NCBI GenBank assembly: GCA_963744915.1
Contig: CAVUUY010000011.1
Coordinates: forward strand, 46,197-110,196
DNA: 64,000 bases
Direction: 5' to 3'
Origin: an uncultured Alphaproteobacteria bacterium
GTDB lineage: Bacteria; Pseudomonadota; Alphaproteobacteria; Rhizobiales; Aestuariivirgaceae
In this document: positions 12,153 through 21,413 of the stretch, in pieces
Position numbering within the stretch: the first letter of the stretch is position 1
Layout of the letters: the number at the start of each line of letters is the position of its first letter
Notes under the pieces: model-generated
What the model was told of the DNA's origin: nothing
The model's database searches: none
What the model saw: only the letters and a program-made list of their open reading frames with translations
Made by a program: the position numbers and the translations under genes

Positions 12153-13031
12153 ATGGTCAGGCCACGCCGCAGCGTCCTCTATATGCCGGGGTCGAATGAG
12201 CGCGCCCTGCAGAAGGCCACGGCCATCCCGGCCGATGCGCTGATCCTCGATCTCGAGGACGCGGTAGCGCCGGACGAAAAGGCGGCGGCCCGCGATCGGG
12301 TGACCGCAATGGTGCGGGCGAAGCCCTATGCCGGGCGCGAGGTGGTGATCCGGGTGAATGCGCTCGAGACCCCCTGGGGGATCGAGGACCTCCGCGCGGC
12401 GGCCGAGGCCGAGCCCGACGCCATCCTGGTGCCCAAGGTGTCGCGCCCCGGCGACATGACGTCGGCGGCGAAGATCCTGGCATCTCTCCATGCCGCGCCG
12501 TCGACCCGACTGTGGGCGATGATGGAGACCCCGGCCTCGATCCTCAATGCCCGCGACATTGCCGCGGTGGCGGCGGACCCGGCGACGCGCTTTTCGTGCA
12601 TGGTGCTCGGGACCAATGATCTTCTCAAGGAATCGCGGGCACGAGCGCTCGGCAACCGGTTCGCCATCGTGCCGTGGCTGGCCATGTCGGTGCTGGCGGC
12701 CCGCGCCTATGGCCTCGATATACTGGACGGCGTGTACAATGATTTCCGCGACGAGGAGGGCTTCCGCGCCGAGTGCGAGCAGGGCCGCACCCTCGGCATG
12801 GACGGCAAGACCCTGATCCATCCCTCGCAGGTCGAGCCGTGCAACGCGGTGTTCTCGCCCTCCGAGGACGAAGTCGCCTGGTCGCGCCAGATCATCGCGG
12901 CTTTTCGCCAGCCGGACAACGCCCGCAAGGGGGTGATCACCGTCGAGGGGCGGATGGTCGAGCGGCTGCACCTGGTCATGGCCGAGCGCATGGTGGCGAT
13001 CGCCGAGGCCATCGCGGCGCAGCGCTCATGA
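12153..13031 (+). CDS. HpcH/HpaI aldolase / citrate lyase beta (CitE)-like protein (acyl-CoA lyase or malyl-CoA thioesterase family)
   Basis: 292 aa. RSVLYMPGSNERALQKA, LILDLEDAV and GMDGKTLIHPSQV are CitE-family motifs. Confidence 0.8.
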   Translation: MVRPRRSVLYMPGSNERALQKATAIPADALILDLEDAVAPDEKAAARDRVTAMVRAKPYAGREVVIRVNALETPWGIEDLRAAAEAEPDAILVPKVSRPGDMTSAAKILASLHAAPSTRLWAMMETPASILNARDIAAVAADPATRFSCMVLGTNDLLKESRARALGNRFAIVPWLAMSVLAARAYGLDILDGVYNDFRDEEGFRAECEQGRTLGMDGKTLIHPSQVEPCNAVFSPSEDEVAWSRQIIAAFRQPDNARKGVITVEGRMVERLHLVMAERMVAIAEAIAAQRS

Positions 13032-14092
13032 TGACCGTGGACGGCCGGTCGGGGCGGTTCTTCGAGGATTTCCAGTTCGGCGAGACCATCCGCCACGCGA
13101 CGCCGCGCAGCTTGGGCGAAGGCGATGCGGCGCTCTATATCGCGCTGACCGGATCGCGCTTCGCGGTCACCTCGTCGGCGGCATTTGCCAGGGATGTCGG
13201 TTACGCTGCGCCGCCGCTCGACGATCTCCTGGTGTTCAACATGGTGTTCGGCAAGACCGTGCCGGACATCTCGCTCAACGCCGTGGCCAATCTCGGCTAT
13301 GCCGACTGCCGCTTCCTGAAGCCCGTGTCGGCGGGCGAGACGCTCTCGGCCTCAAGCGAGGTCATCGGGTTGAAGGAGAACTCGAACCGCGAGACCGGCG
13401 TCGTCCATGTGCGCACGACCGGGGTGACCGGCGCCGGCCCGGTCCTGAGCTTCGTCCGCTGGGTGATGGTGCGCAAGCGGGATGCCGCGGCGCCGGTCGC
13501 GGCGGTGGCGGTCCCCGACCTGCCGGCGCGGGTGGATCCCGCCCTGCTCGGACAGGCCTGTCCGGAAATCCTTCCCGACCGGTGGGAAGACGCGCTTTCC
13601 GGGAGCACCCGGCGGTTCGAGGATTACCAGGCCGGCGACCGCATCGACCATGTCGATGGCATGACGGTCGAGGAAGCCGAGCACATGCTGGCGACCCGGC
13701 TCTACCAGAACACTGCGCGGGTGCATTTCAACGCCTTGAGCGAGGCCAAGGGCCGGTTCGGCCGGCGGCTCGTCTATGGCGGCCATGTGATGAGCCTGGC
13801 GCGGGCGCTGAGCTTCAACGGACTGGCCAACGCCTTCCACATCGCGGCGATCAATGGCGGGCGGCACGCGGCGCCGCTGTTCGCCGGCGGGACGGTGTTC
13901 GCCTGGTCGGAAATCCTGGAGGCGGCGGCGATCCCGGGGCGGCGCGATGTCGGGGCGCTCAGGATCATGACCCGGGCCAGCCGCGATCTCCCCTGCACCG
14001 ATTTTCCGCGCGATCCGGCGGCGGGCGATCAGCCGGGAATCATTCTCGAGCTCGATTATTGGGCGCTGTTGCCGAGACGCATGGCCGCATAG
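13028..14092 (+). CDS. MaoC-family (double hot-dog) enoyl-CoA hydratase/dehydratase
   Basis: The ATG at 13028 overlaps the CitE-like stop (ATGA). The 354-aa product is a two hot-dog-domain protein of mesaconyl-/itaconyl-CoA hydratase size. The 85-codon extension in the ORF track overlaps the previous gene. Confidence 0.7.
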   Translation: MMTVDGRSGRFFEDFQFGETIRHATPRSLGEGDAALYIALTGSRFAVTSSAAFARDVGYAAPPLDDLLVFNMVFGKTVPDISLNAVANLGYADCRFLKPVSAGETLSASSEVIGLKENSNRETGVVHVRTTGVTGAGPVLSFVRWVMVRKRDAAAPVAAVAVPDLPARVDPALLGQACPEILPDRWEDALSGSTRRFEDYQAGDRIDHVDGMTVEEAEHMLATRLYQNTARVHFNALSEAKGRFGRRLVYGGHVMSLARALSFNGLANAFHIAAINGGRHAAPLFAGGTVFAWSEILEAAAIPGRRDVGALRIMTRASRDLPCTDFPRDPAAGDQPGIILELDYWALLPRRMAA

Positions 14093-14209
14093 CCGGTTTG
14101 TTGCCTGGGCAGTCGGCAATTGCTTTGCTGCATTGCAGCGGTTAAGAGGAACCGCAACGGGTCATGGTGCATTCGCCGCGCTCATGCCCCTCCGACAGCT
14201 GGTGACATC

Positions 14210-14614
14210 ATGAGCGAGCCAATGGTGCGCGAGCGGCCGATTTCGCCGCACCTTCAGATCTACCGCCCGATGCTGACCATGATCGTGTCGATCACCAACC
14301 GGGTGACCGGCGCCATGCTCTATTTCGGCATGGCGCTGTTGGCGGCGTGGCTGGTTGCGGCGGCCCGGGGACCTGAGGCCTTCGCTTCCATTGAAGCCGT
14401 TTATGGCTCCTATCTCGGGCTTCTCATTCTGTTCGGATTCACCTTCGCGCTGATGTTTCACACGCTTGCCGGCATCCGCCACCTCGTCTGGGACCTTGGA
14501 AAGGGGCTCGACCTGCGCTCCATCGAATGGGGGGCGGTGGCGGTGGTGGCGGGCTCGATCGTGCTGACGCTTCTCCTGTGGCTCGTCATCCTGCTCAGGG
14601 CTCATGCGGCATGA
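14210..14614 (+). CDS. sdhC: succinate dehydrogenase cytochrome b556 subunit
   Basis: ATG at 14210 gives MSEPMVRERPISPHLQIYRPMLTM. The SPHLQIY motif, three TM helices and the position in sdhCDAB support the call. Confidence 0.85.
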   Translation: MSEPMVRERPISPHLQIYRPMLTMIVSITNRVTGAMLYFGMALLAAWLVAAARGPEAFASIEAVYGSYLGLLILFGFTFALMFHTLAGIRHLVWDLGKGLDLRSIEWGAVAVVAGSIVLTLLLWLVILLRAHAA

Positions 14615-14994
14615 CTTCCTTCCGGACGCCGCTCGGCAAGGTTCTGGGGCTGGGTTCGGCCAAGTCGGGCGTGCACCATTGGTGGATGGAGCGGGTAACG
14701 GGGCTGGCCGGCGTGCCGCTCGTCCTGTTCCTGCTCGGCTTCATCGCCGCCACGGCCGGCGGCGGTCATGCGGCGGTGATCGCCGCGATCCGTCACCCGA
14801 TCGTTGCCGCGCTGCTCATCCTGGCGATCGTCATCATCGTGCGTCACATGCAACTCGGCATGCAGGTGATCATCGAGGATTATGTGCATGGCAGGATGAT
14901 CCTGATCACCAGCCTGCTTGCCAACAGCCTGTTCTGCGTTGCCGTCGCGGTGACCGGCGTCGCGGCGGTGCTGGCCATCTGCTTCGGAGCTTGA
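14611..14994 (+). CDS. sdhD: succinate dehydrogenase hydrophobic membrane anchor subunit
   Basis: The ATG at 14611 overlaps the sdhC TGA. The 127-aa product is a membrane protein (GSAKSGVHHWWMERVT). Confidence 0.85.
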   Translation: MTSFRTPLGKVLGLGSAKSGVHHWWMERVTGLAGVPLVLFLLGFIAATAGGGHAAVIAAIRHPIVAALLILAIVIIVRHMQLGMQVIIEDYVHGRMILITSLLANSLFCVAVAVTGVAAVLAICFGA

Positions 14995-14997
14995 GAC

Positions 14998-16863
14998 ATG
15001 GCGGACACAACCACGGACGGATCACATTCGGGCGATGGCAGCCTCGGTCCTGCCAAGAGCTTCGCCATCAATGGCCGGGTCTATCCGATAGAGGACCACA
15101 CCCATGACGTGGTGGTGGTCGGGGCCGGCGGCGCCGGCCTGAGGGCGGTGGTCGGCTGCGCCGTGGCGGGCCTCAAGACCGCCTGCATCAGCAAGGTGTT
15201 CCCGACGCGCAGCCACACGGTGGCGGCGCAGGGCGGCATTGCGGCGGCGCTCGGCAATATGGGCGAGGACAACTGGCGCTGGCACATGTATGACACGGTC
15301 AAGGGCACCGACTGGCTCGGCGACCAGGACTCGATCGAATATCTCTGCCGCGAGGCGCCCGGCGCGGTTTATGAGCTCGAGCATTGGGGGGTGCCGTTCT
15401 CGCGCACCGAGGCAGGCAAGATCTATCAGCGGGCCTTTGGCGGCATGACGACCCATTATGGCAAGGGCCAGGCGCAGCGCACCTGCGCCGCCGCCGACCG
15501 CACCGGCCATGCCATGCTGCACACGCTTTATGGCCAGTCGCTCAAGCATGCGGCGGAGTTCTATGTCGAATATTTCGCGCTCGACCTGATCATGGATGCC
15601 GACGGGGCGTGCCGCGGCGTCATTGCGCTCAATATCGACAACGGCACGCTCCACCGCTTCCGCGCCCACAAGACGATCCTGGCCACCGGCGGCTATGGTC
15701 GGGCCTATTTCTCCTGCACCTCGGCCCATACCTGCACCGGCGACGGCAATGCCATGGTGCTGCGGGCCGGGCTGCCGCTGTCGGACATGGAGTTCGTGCA
15801 ATTTCATCCGACCGGCATCTATGGCGCCGGCTGCCTGATCACCGAGGGGGCGCGCGGCGAGGGCGGCTATCTCGTCAATGCGGAGGGCGAGCGCTTCATG
15901 GAGCGCTATGCGCCCACCGCCAAGGACCTTGCGTCGCGCGATGTCGTCTCACGGGCGATGACGATCGAGCTGAGGGAAGGGCGCGGCGTCGGCCCGCACA
16001 AGGATCATCTCTATCTGCATCTCGATCATATCGGCGCCGAGCTCCTGGCGGAGCGGCTGCCGGGGATTTCCGAATCGGCACGGATCTTCGCCGGCGTCGA
16101 TGTCACCCGCGAGCCGATTCCGGTGCTGCCGACGGTGCATTACAACATGGGCGGGATCCCGACCAATTACATGGGTGAGGCGGTCAATCCGCGGCGCGGC
16201 GATGCCGACGCCATCGTCCAGGGCCTGCTGGCCTGCGGCGAGACGGCGTGCGCCTCGGTCCACGGCGCCAACCGTCTCGGGTCCAACTCGCTCACCGACC
16301 TCATCGTGTTCGGGCGGGCCTGCGCCCTCAAATGCGCCGAGACGATCGAGCGCGGCGCCCGCCACCCCGATCTGCCGCGCAGCGCCGGCGAGGCTTCGGT
16401 GGCGCGTCTCGACCGTTTCCGCAATGCCCGCGGCAGCACGCCGACGGCGGAGCTCAGGCTGGCGATGCAAAAGACGATGCAGGACTATTGCGCGGTGTTC
16501 CGCACCGGCGAGATCCTGAAGGAAGGTGATCGCAAGATCAACGATATCTGGGCCGGGGTGCAGGACATCCGGGTCAGCGATCGCTCGATGATCTGGAATT
16601 CCGACCTGGTCGAGACGCTCGAATGGGACAATCTGATCGCCCAGGCCGCCGTCACCATCCGCGGCGCTCTGGCCCGCACCGAGAGCCGCGGCGCACATGC
16701 CCGCGAGGACTTTCCGCTGCGCGACGACATCGACTGGATGAAGCACACGCTGTCATTCGCCGATACGCACCGGCGCGAGGTCAAGCTGGGCTATCGGCCG
16801 GTGCATGCATTCACCCTCACCAACGACATCGAATATATCGCGCCTAAGGCGCGGGTTTACTGA
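14998..16863 (+). CDS. sdhA: succinate dehydrogenase flavoprotein subunit
   Basis: 621 aa with [23 protein letters not shown] (covalent FAD His), HPTGIYG and RLGSNSL. Confidence 0.95.
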   Translation: MADTTTDGSHSGDGSLGPAKSFAINGRVYPIEDHTHDVVVVGAGGAGLRAVVGCAVAGLKTACISKVFPTRSHTVAAQGGIAAALGNMGEDNWRWHMYDTVKGTDWLGDQDSIEYLCREAPGAVYELEHWGVPFSRTEAGKIYQRAFGGMTTHYGKGQAQRTCAAADRTGHAMLHTLYGQSLKHAAEFYVEYFALDLIMDADGACRGVIALNIDNGTLHRFRAHKTILATGGYGRAYFSCTSAHTCTGDGNAMVLRAGLPLSDMEFVQFHPTGIYGAGCLITEGARGEGGYLVNAEGERFMERYAPTAKDLASRDVVSRAMTIELREGRGVGPHKDHLYLHLDHIGAELLAERLPGISESARIFAGVDVTREPIPVLPTVHYNMGGIPTNYMGEAVNPRRGDADAIVQGLLACGETACASVHGANRLGSNSLTDLIVFGRACALKCAETIERGARHPDLPRSAGEASVARLDRFRNARGSTPTAELRLAMQKTMQDYCAVFRTGEILKEGDRKINDIWAGVQDIRVSDRSMIWNSDLVETLEWDNLIAQAAVTIRGALARTESRGAHAREDFPLRDDIDWMKHTLSFADTHRREVKLGYRPVHAFTLTNDIEYIAPKARVY

Positions 16864-16881
16864 GCGAGACGGTCTCGACGC

Positions 16882-17658
16882 ATGGTTCAGCTCACACTGC
16901 CGAAGAATTCCCGGGTGGTCGCAGGCAAGACATGGCCGCGGCCGCCGGCGGGGCGTCTGCGCGAATTCCGGATCTATCGCTACAATCCGGACGACAAGGC
17001 CAATCCGCGGCTCGACAACTACTTCGTGGATCTCGATAAGTGCGGGCCGATGGTGCTCGATGCACTGATCAAGATCAAAAATGAGGTCGACCCGGCCTTG
17101 GCCTTCCGCCGGTCGTGCCGGGAGGGGATCTGCGGCTCCTGCGCCATGAACATCGACGGCACCAACACGCTGGCCTGCACGCTGGCGATCGAGGACGTCA
17201 GGGGGCCGGTCAAGATCTATCCGCTGCCGCACATGCCGGTGATCAAGGATCTGGTGCCGGATCTCAGCATCTTCTTTGCCCAGCTGGAGGCGGTCGAGCC
17301 CTGGCTCAAGCCGGTCACGCCGCCGCCGCCGACCGAAAGGCTGCAGTCGCGCTCCGACCGCGCCAAGCTCGACGGCTATTATGAATGCATACTCTGCGCC
17401 TGCTGCTCGACTTCATGTCCGTCCTATTGGTGGAACGGCGAGCGCTATCTCGGTCCCGCGGCCCTGCTCCAGGCCTATCGCTGGCTCGTCGATTCGCGCG
17501 ATGAATCGGCCGGCGAGCGTCTCGACGGGCTGGAGGATCCATTTCGGCTCTATCGCTGCCACACCATCCTCAACTGCACCAAGACCTGCCCCAAGGGGCT
17601 CAATCCGGCGAAGGCGATTGCCGAGATCAAGAAGTTGATGCTGGCGCGGCGGATCTAG
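16882..17658 (+). CDS. sdhB: succinate dehydrogenase iron-sulfur subunit
   Basis: 258 aa with three Cys clusters ([41 protein letters not shown]). Confidence 0.95.
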   Translation: MVQLTLPKNSRVVAGKTWPRPPAGRLREFRIYRYNPDDKANPRLDNYFVDLDKCGPMVLDALIKIKNEVDPALAFRRSCREGICGSCAMNIDGTNTLACTLAIEDVRGPVKIYPLPHMPVIKDLVPDLSIFFAQLEAVEPWLKPVTPPPPTERLQSRSDRAKLDGYYECILCACCSTSCPSYWWNGERYLGPAALLQAYRWLVDSRDESAGERLDGLEDPFRLYRCHTILNCTKTCPKGLNPAKAIAEIKKLMLARRI

Positions 17659-17710
17659 CAGCATCATGCTCTAAAGCCTGCCGCTGCGGCATGGGGAAAG
17701 CGCTGACCGC

Positions 17711-18640
17711 ATGCATGTCTCCGGCGGATATCTCGTTCAACAGGTGCTGAACGGCCTGATCGTCGGCTCGTTCTACAGCCTGCTGGCCGTCGCCTACGCG
17801 CTGGTGCATGCGATCACCAACCGGGTCATCCTGTCCTTCGGCGACTTCATGACCTTCGGCGCCTTCTACGCCATCATGGCGGTCCTGGTTGCCGCCGGCT
17901 TCGGCCTGTTCGACCTGGGCGCCCTGGTCATTGCCTTCCTGGTGGCGGTGTTCGGCACGGCGGTGCTCGGGATCGCCGCCCATCGCCTGGCCTTTGCCCG
18001 CTTGATCGGGGAGCGCAGCCAGGCGCTGATGATCGCCTCGGTGGGGGTCGGCATCATCGTCTCCGAAACCTTGCGGATCCAGTCCGGTGGGCGCGAGCAA
18101 TGGCTGCCGCCGGTGTTCCAGGACAGGGCCGCGACCGCCGACATCGGCGGCTTCACGGTTCAGATCACCATCATGCAGATCGTGGTTCTGGTACTGGCGC
18201 TCGTGCTGTCGGCCGGCCTGCTCATCGGTCTCGAGCGCACCGCGGCGGGGCGCATCTGGCGGGCGGTGTCGCAGGATCGCCGGCTCGCCGAGCTGTGCGG
18301 CATCGACACGGCGCGGACGATTGCCCTCACGGTGGCGACGTCGTCGGCCTTTGCCGGGGTCGCCGGCTTCATCGTTGCCAGTTATTATGGCGGGGTCAGC
18401 TTCTATATGGGGCTGGTGCTCGGTTTGAAGGCGCTGTTCGCGACGGTGATCGGCGGATCGGGCACCATCGCCGGGGCGATACTCGGCGGGTTCGTGCTCG
18501 CCGGGTTCGAAACGGCCTGGTCGACGTTCTTCGCCATCGGTTATCGCGACGTTGCAGTTTTCGCGGCAGTGGTGTTCATCTTCCTCCTCAGACCGGAGGG
18601 GCTGCTCGGCGTCCCGCTCCGGAGCGACCACGACAGGTGA
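17711..18640 (+). CDS. branched-chain amino acid ABC transporter permease (LivH family), orphan
   Basis: 309-aa polytopic protein. LNGLIVGSFYSLLAVAYALV and the overall profile match LivH/BraD. No livM, ATPase or binding-protein gene is adjacent. Confidence 0.75.
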   Translation: MHVSGGYLVQQVLNGLIVGSFYSLLAVAYALVHAITNRVILSFGDFMTFGAFYAIMAVLVAAGFGLFDLGALVIAFLVAVFGTAVLGIAAHRLAFARLIGERSQALMIASVGVGIIVSETLRIQSGGREQWLPPVFQDRAATADIGGFTVQITIMQIVVLVLALVLSAGLLIGLERTAAGRIWRAVSQDRRLAELCGIDTARTIALTVATSSAFAGVAGFIVASYYGGVSFYMGLVLGLKALFATVIGGSGTIAGAILGGFVLAGFETAWSTFFAIGYRDVAVFAAVVFIFLLRPEGLLGVPLRSDHDR

Positions 18641-18644
18641 GCGC

Positions 18645-19112
18645 ATGTTCCGACCCGTTTCAGCCCTCGCGGCGATGTTCCTGCTCATCGGCTGCGATGG
18701 CGACAAAGGCCCGTATTTCAGCTTCGCCGGCGGCGGCTTCGTCGCCAATTACCGGATCGGCGAGGTCTATTACGGCTTTGTCGCCAAGCCTGAACGAAGG
18801 CTGCCGGAGGGTTCGGTGGTCGAGGCGCGGCTCGAGGATCCGGCAGGCGGCCCCGAGATCGTCATCGATACGCCGACCCGCAGCGGCCAGTTGCAATACA
18901 TGTTCCGCACGCCGCCGGTGAAGGGCGTCAGGAAGGACAAGGACTACCGGGTCGAGCTGCGCCTCCTCGATGGGCCGCAGGGCACGGTGCTCGGCAGCGT
19001 CAGCCGGACCTTCCGCAGCGCTGCCGACCAGTCCGAGCTTCCCGACAAGCCGCTGGTGGTCGGTCCGGGCTACATGCCGAATCCCGACAACGACATCACC
19101 AAGAAACCTTGA
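18645..19112 (+). CDS. hypothetical lipoprotein
   Basis: ATG at 18645 gives MFRPVSALAAMFLLIGCDGD, a signal peptide with lipobox LIGC. The product is 155 aa with no recognised domain. Confidence 0.55.
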   Translation: MFRPVSALAAMFLLIGCDGDKGPYFSFAGGGFVANYRIGEVYYGFVAKPERRLPEGSVVEARLEDPAGGPEIVIDTPTRSGQLQYMFRTPPVKGVRKDKDYRVELRLLDGPQGTVLGSVSRTFRSAADQSELPDKPLVVGPGYMPNPDNDITKKP

Positions 19113-19126
19113 GAAAGGCACCGACC

Positions 19127-19894
19127 ATGTCTCGATGGCTCGCCGCGGCACCGCGGCACTGGGCACCGCAACTCGCCCTGTCGCTTCTCCTGCTCCTCAC
19201 CGGTTGCGGCATCAACAACATCCCGACCTACGAGGAACGGGTCAAGGCGGGCTGGAGCGACGTGCTCAATCAGTATCAGAGGCGGTCCGACCTGATTCCG
19301 AACCTGGTCGAGACGGTGAAGGGCTATGCCGCCCAGGAGAAGGACGTCCTGACCTCCGTGGTGGAGGCGCGCGCCAAGGCGACGCAGATGCAGATTCCGG
19401 CCGATGTCGTCAACAATCCGGAAGCCTTCCAGAAATTTCAGGAGAATCAGGCGCAGCTGTCGTCGTCGCTGGCACGGCTCCTGGCGGTGGTCGAGAATTA
19501 CCCCGATTTGAAGTCGAATCAGAACTTCCTGGCGCTGCAATCGCAGCTCGAGGGGACGGAGAACCGGATTTCGGTGGCGCGCCGCGACTATATCGACGCG
19601 GTCAGGGTCTACAATACGGAGCTGCGCACCATTCCCGGCCGCTGGTGGGCATCCTTCCTCTATCCCGATGCGAAGCCGGCCCAGACCTTCACCATCAAGG
19701 AGGAGGCGACCGAGGTTCCCAAGGTGGACTTCAACAAGCCAGCTGCCAAGCCGGCTGCTCCGGCGCCAGCCCCGGCTCCGGCGCCAGCCCCGGCTGCGCC
19801 AGCCCCGGCCCCGGCCCCGGTTCCGGCGCCAGCCCCGGCCGCACCTGCCCCGGCTCCTGCGCCAGCCCCGGCCGCACCAGCCCCGGCCCAATGA
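19127..19894 (+). CDS. lemA: LemA family protein with Pro/Ala-rich C-terminal tail
   Basis: ATG at 19127. An N-terminal TM/lipobox-like segment (LLLLLTGC) is followed by LemA core motifs (ERVKAGWSDVLNQYQRRSDLIPNLVETVKGYA, NRISVARRDYIDAVRVYN). Confidence 0.85.
   Translation: MSRWLAAAPRHWAPQLALSLLLLLTGCGINNIPTYEERVKAGWSDVLNQYQRRSDLIPNLVETVKGYAAQEKDVLTSVVEARAKATQMQIPADVVNNPEAFQKFQENQAQLSSSLARLLAVVENYPDLKSNQNFLALQSQLEGTENRISVARRDYIDAVRVYNTELRTIPGRWWASFLYPDAKPAQTFTIKEEATEVPKVDFNKPAAKPAAPAPAPAPAPAPAAPAPAPAPVPAPAPAAPAPAPAPAPAAPAPAQ
19738..19891 (+). repeat. in-frame low-complexity (Pro-Ala)n coding repeat at the 3' end of lemA
   Basis: Reiterated gcgccagccccggc(t/c)ccg-like units encode [51 protein letters not shown]. 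Confidence 0.8.
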
Positions 19895-20646
19895 TGCGCC
19901 GCAGCCTGGCGGTCCTCGTCGCGGCCCTCCTGGCGCTTATGCTCCATGCCGGCCCGGTCAGGGCGGAGGACCCCCAGTTCCCGCCATTGACCGGACCGCT
20001 CGTCGATGCGGCGGACCTGCTCCCGCCGACCGCGCGGGACGAGTTCGACCGGTCGCTTCGTGCCTATCAGCAGAGTTCGGGCTACCAGGTGGTGGTTGCG
20101 ATCGTCCCCTCGCTTCAGGGCTATGACATCCGCGACTATGGCAACCGCCTGTTCCGCCATTGGAAGCTCGGCGATGCCAAGCGCGACGATGGCGTGCTGC
20201 TTCTGGTCGCCCCCAAGGAACGCAAGGTGTCGATCGAGAACGGCTATGGCGTCGAGGGCGCGATGACCGATGCGCTGTCGAAGCTGATCATCGAGAATGC
20301 CATCACGCCGCGCTTCAAGACCGGCGATTTTGCCGGCGGCATCCGGGCCGGCATTGCCGATATCGAGAAGGTCCTCAACGGTGAGGGACGCAAGCTCGAG
20401 ACGGAGCTCGCGCCGCAGCAGGATCCGCTCGAAATGTGGTTCACCATCTTCGTCTGGCTGGTCATTTTCCTGATCTTCATCCAGGTCATGCGCGGTGGGT
20501 TCGTTTCCGGTCGCCGGATCGGCTATGGCGGCGGCTGGTATGGCGGCGGCTGGGGCGGCGGCGGTTTCGGCGGCGGTGGTTTTGGCGGCGGCTATAGCGG
20601 CGGAGGGGGCAGCTCGGGCGGCGGTGGCGCCTCGGGCAGCTGGTAG
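19891..20646 (+). CDS. TPM domain-containing protein (YgcG-like) with Gly-rich C-terminal tail
   Basis: The ATG at 19891 overlaps the lemA TGA. It has a signal peptide (MMRRSLAVLVAALLALMLHAGPVRA), a TPM domain (YQVVVAIVPSLQGYDIRDY, GVLLLVAPKERKVSIENGYG), a TM helix, and then a GGGWYGGGWGGGGFGGGGFGGGYSGGGG tail. Confidence 0.8.
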   Translation: MMRRSLAVLVAALLALMLHAGPVRAEDPQFPPLTGPLVDAADLLPPTARDEFDRSLRAYQQSSGYQVVVAIVPSLQGYDIRDYGNRLFRHWKLGDAKRDDGVLLLVAPKERKVSIENGYGVEGAMTDALSKLIIENAITPRFKTGDFAGGIRAGIADIEKVLNGEGRKLETELAPQQDPLEMWFTIFVWLVIFLIFIQVMRGGFVSGRRIGYGGGWYGGGWGGGGFGGGGFGGGYSGGGGSSGGGGASGSW

Positions 20647-20654
20647 GGCCGGCA

Positions 20655-21293
20655 ATGCGTCCGCATCATCTCGCAACCGAACATGCCCGCGGCCGGGTCG
20701 CCGAGGCGATCGCTGCCGCGGAGAGTGCCACGGCCGGTGAAATCGTCGTCGTCATTGCGCCACGCTGCGACGACTATGTGCTGGTGCCGCTGGCCTGGGC
20801 CGCCATCGTCGCGCTGGCCGTGCCGCCGGTGCTCTATTGGCTGTTCTGGCTGAGCCCTGTCACCATCTATGCCGCGACGATTGCCACTTTCGCGTTTCTG
20901 GCCCTCGTTCTCGGCGTGTGGCCTGTACGGTTGGCGGTGACACCGCGCGCCGTGCGCCGCAAGCACGCCCGGCGCTGCGCCCGGGAGCAGTTCCTCACGC
21001 AGGAGCTTTATACGACGCGCGGTCGCACCGGTGTCCTGATCTTCGTGGCGCTGGCCGAGCGCTATTGCGAAATCATTGCCGACACCGCCATCGCCGAGCG
21101 GGTGGCGCCGGAAGCGTGGCGCGGCATCATCGATCGGTTGCTGGCGGAAATCCGCACCGGCCGGGCAATCGAAGGGCTGGTGGGCGCCGTCGCCGCTGCC
21201 GGGGCGATCCTGGCGGAGCATGTTCCACCCGGCGCCGACAATCCCGACGAGCTGCCCGATCATCTGATCGTCCTGCCGGTCTGGCCGCCCTGA
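20655..21293 (+). CDS. TPM-domain membrane protein (third gene of the lemA-TPM-TPM unit)
   Basis: 212 aa with IAAAESATAGEIVVVIA, two TM helices and GVLIFVALAERYCEIIAD. Confidence 0.65.
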   Translation: MRPHHLATEHARGRVAEAIAAAESATAGEIVVVIAPRCDDYVLVPLAWAAIVALAVPPVLYWLFWLSPVTIYAATIATFAFLALVLGVWPVRLAVTPRAVRRKHARRCAREQFLTQELYTTRGRTGVLIFVALAERYCEIIADTAIAERVAPEAWRGIIDRLLAEIRTGRAIEGLVGAVAAAGAILAEHVPPGADNPDELPDHLIVLPVWPP

Positions 21294-21413
21294 GTTGGGA
21301 AAAAAGGGCGGGTGCGGGCGCTGGTTCGATCGGAATGGGGCTATAAAGGGTCAATTGGCTTGTCATCTGACGCTCACCAAAAGAGCGTTCACTGAAGTCT
21401 GCCGGGGAACAAG

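Noticed and set aside
18970-19890. N-terminal 307 residues of the 558-aa ORF 18970-20646. Similar upstream extensions are at 12773, 28079, 37412, 50179, 51533, 4118 and 14120.
   Set aside because: The extensions overlap the preceding well-supported gene in another frame and are low-complexity. Internal starts that overlap or abut the upstream stop give proteins of canonical length and N-terminus.
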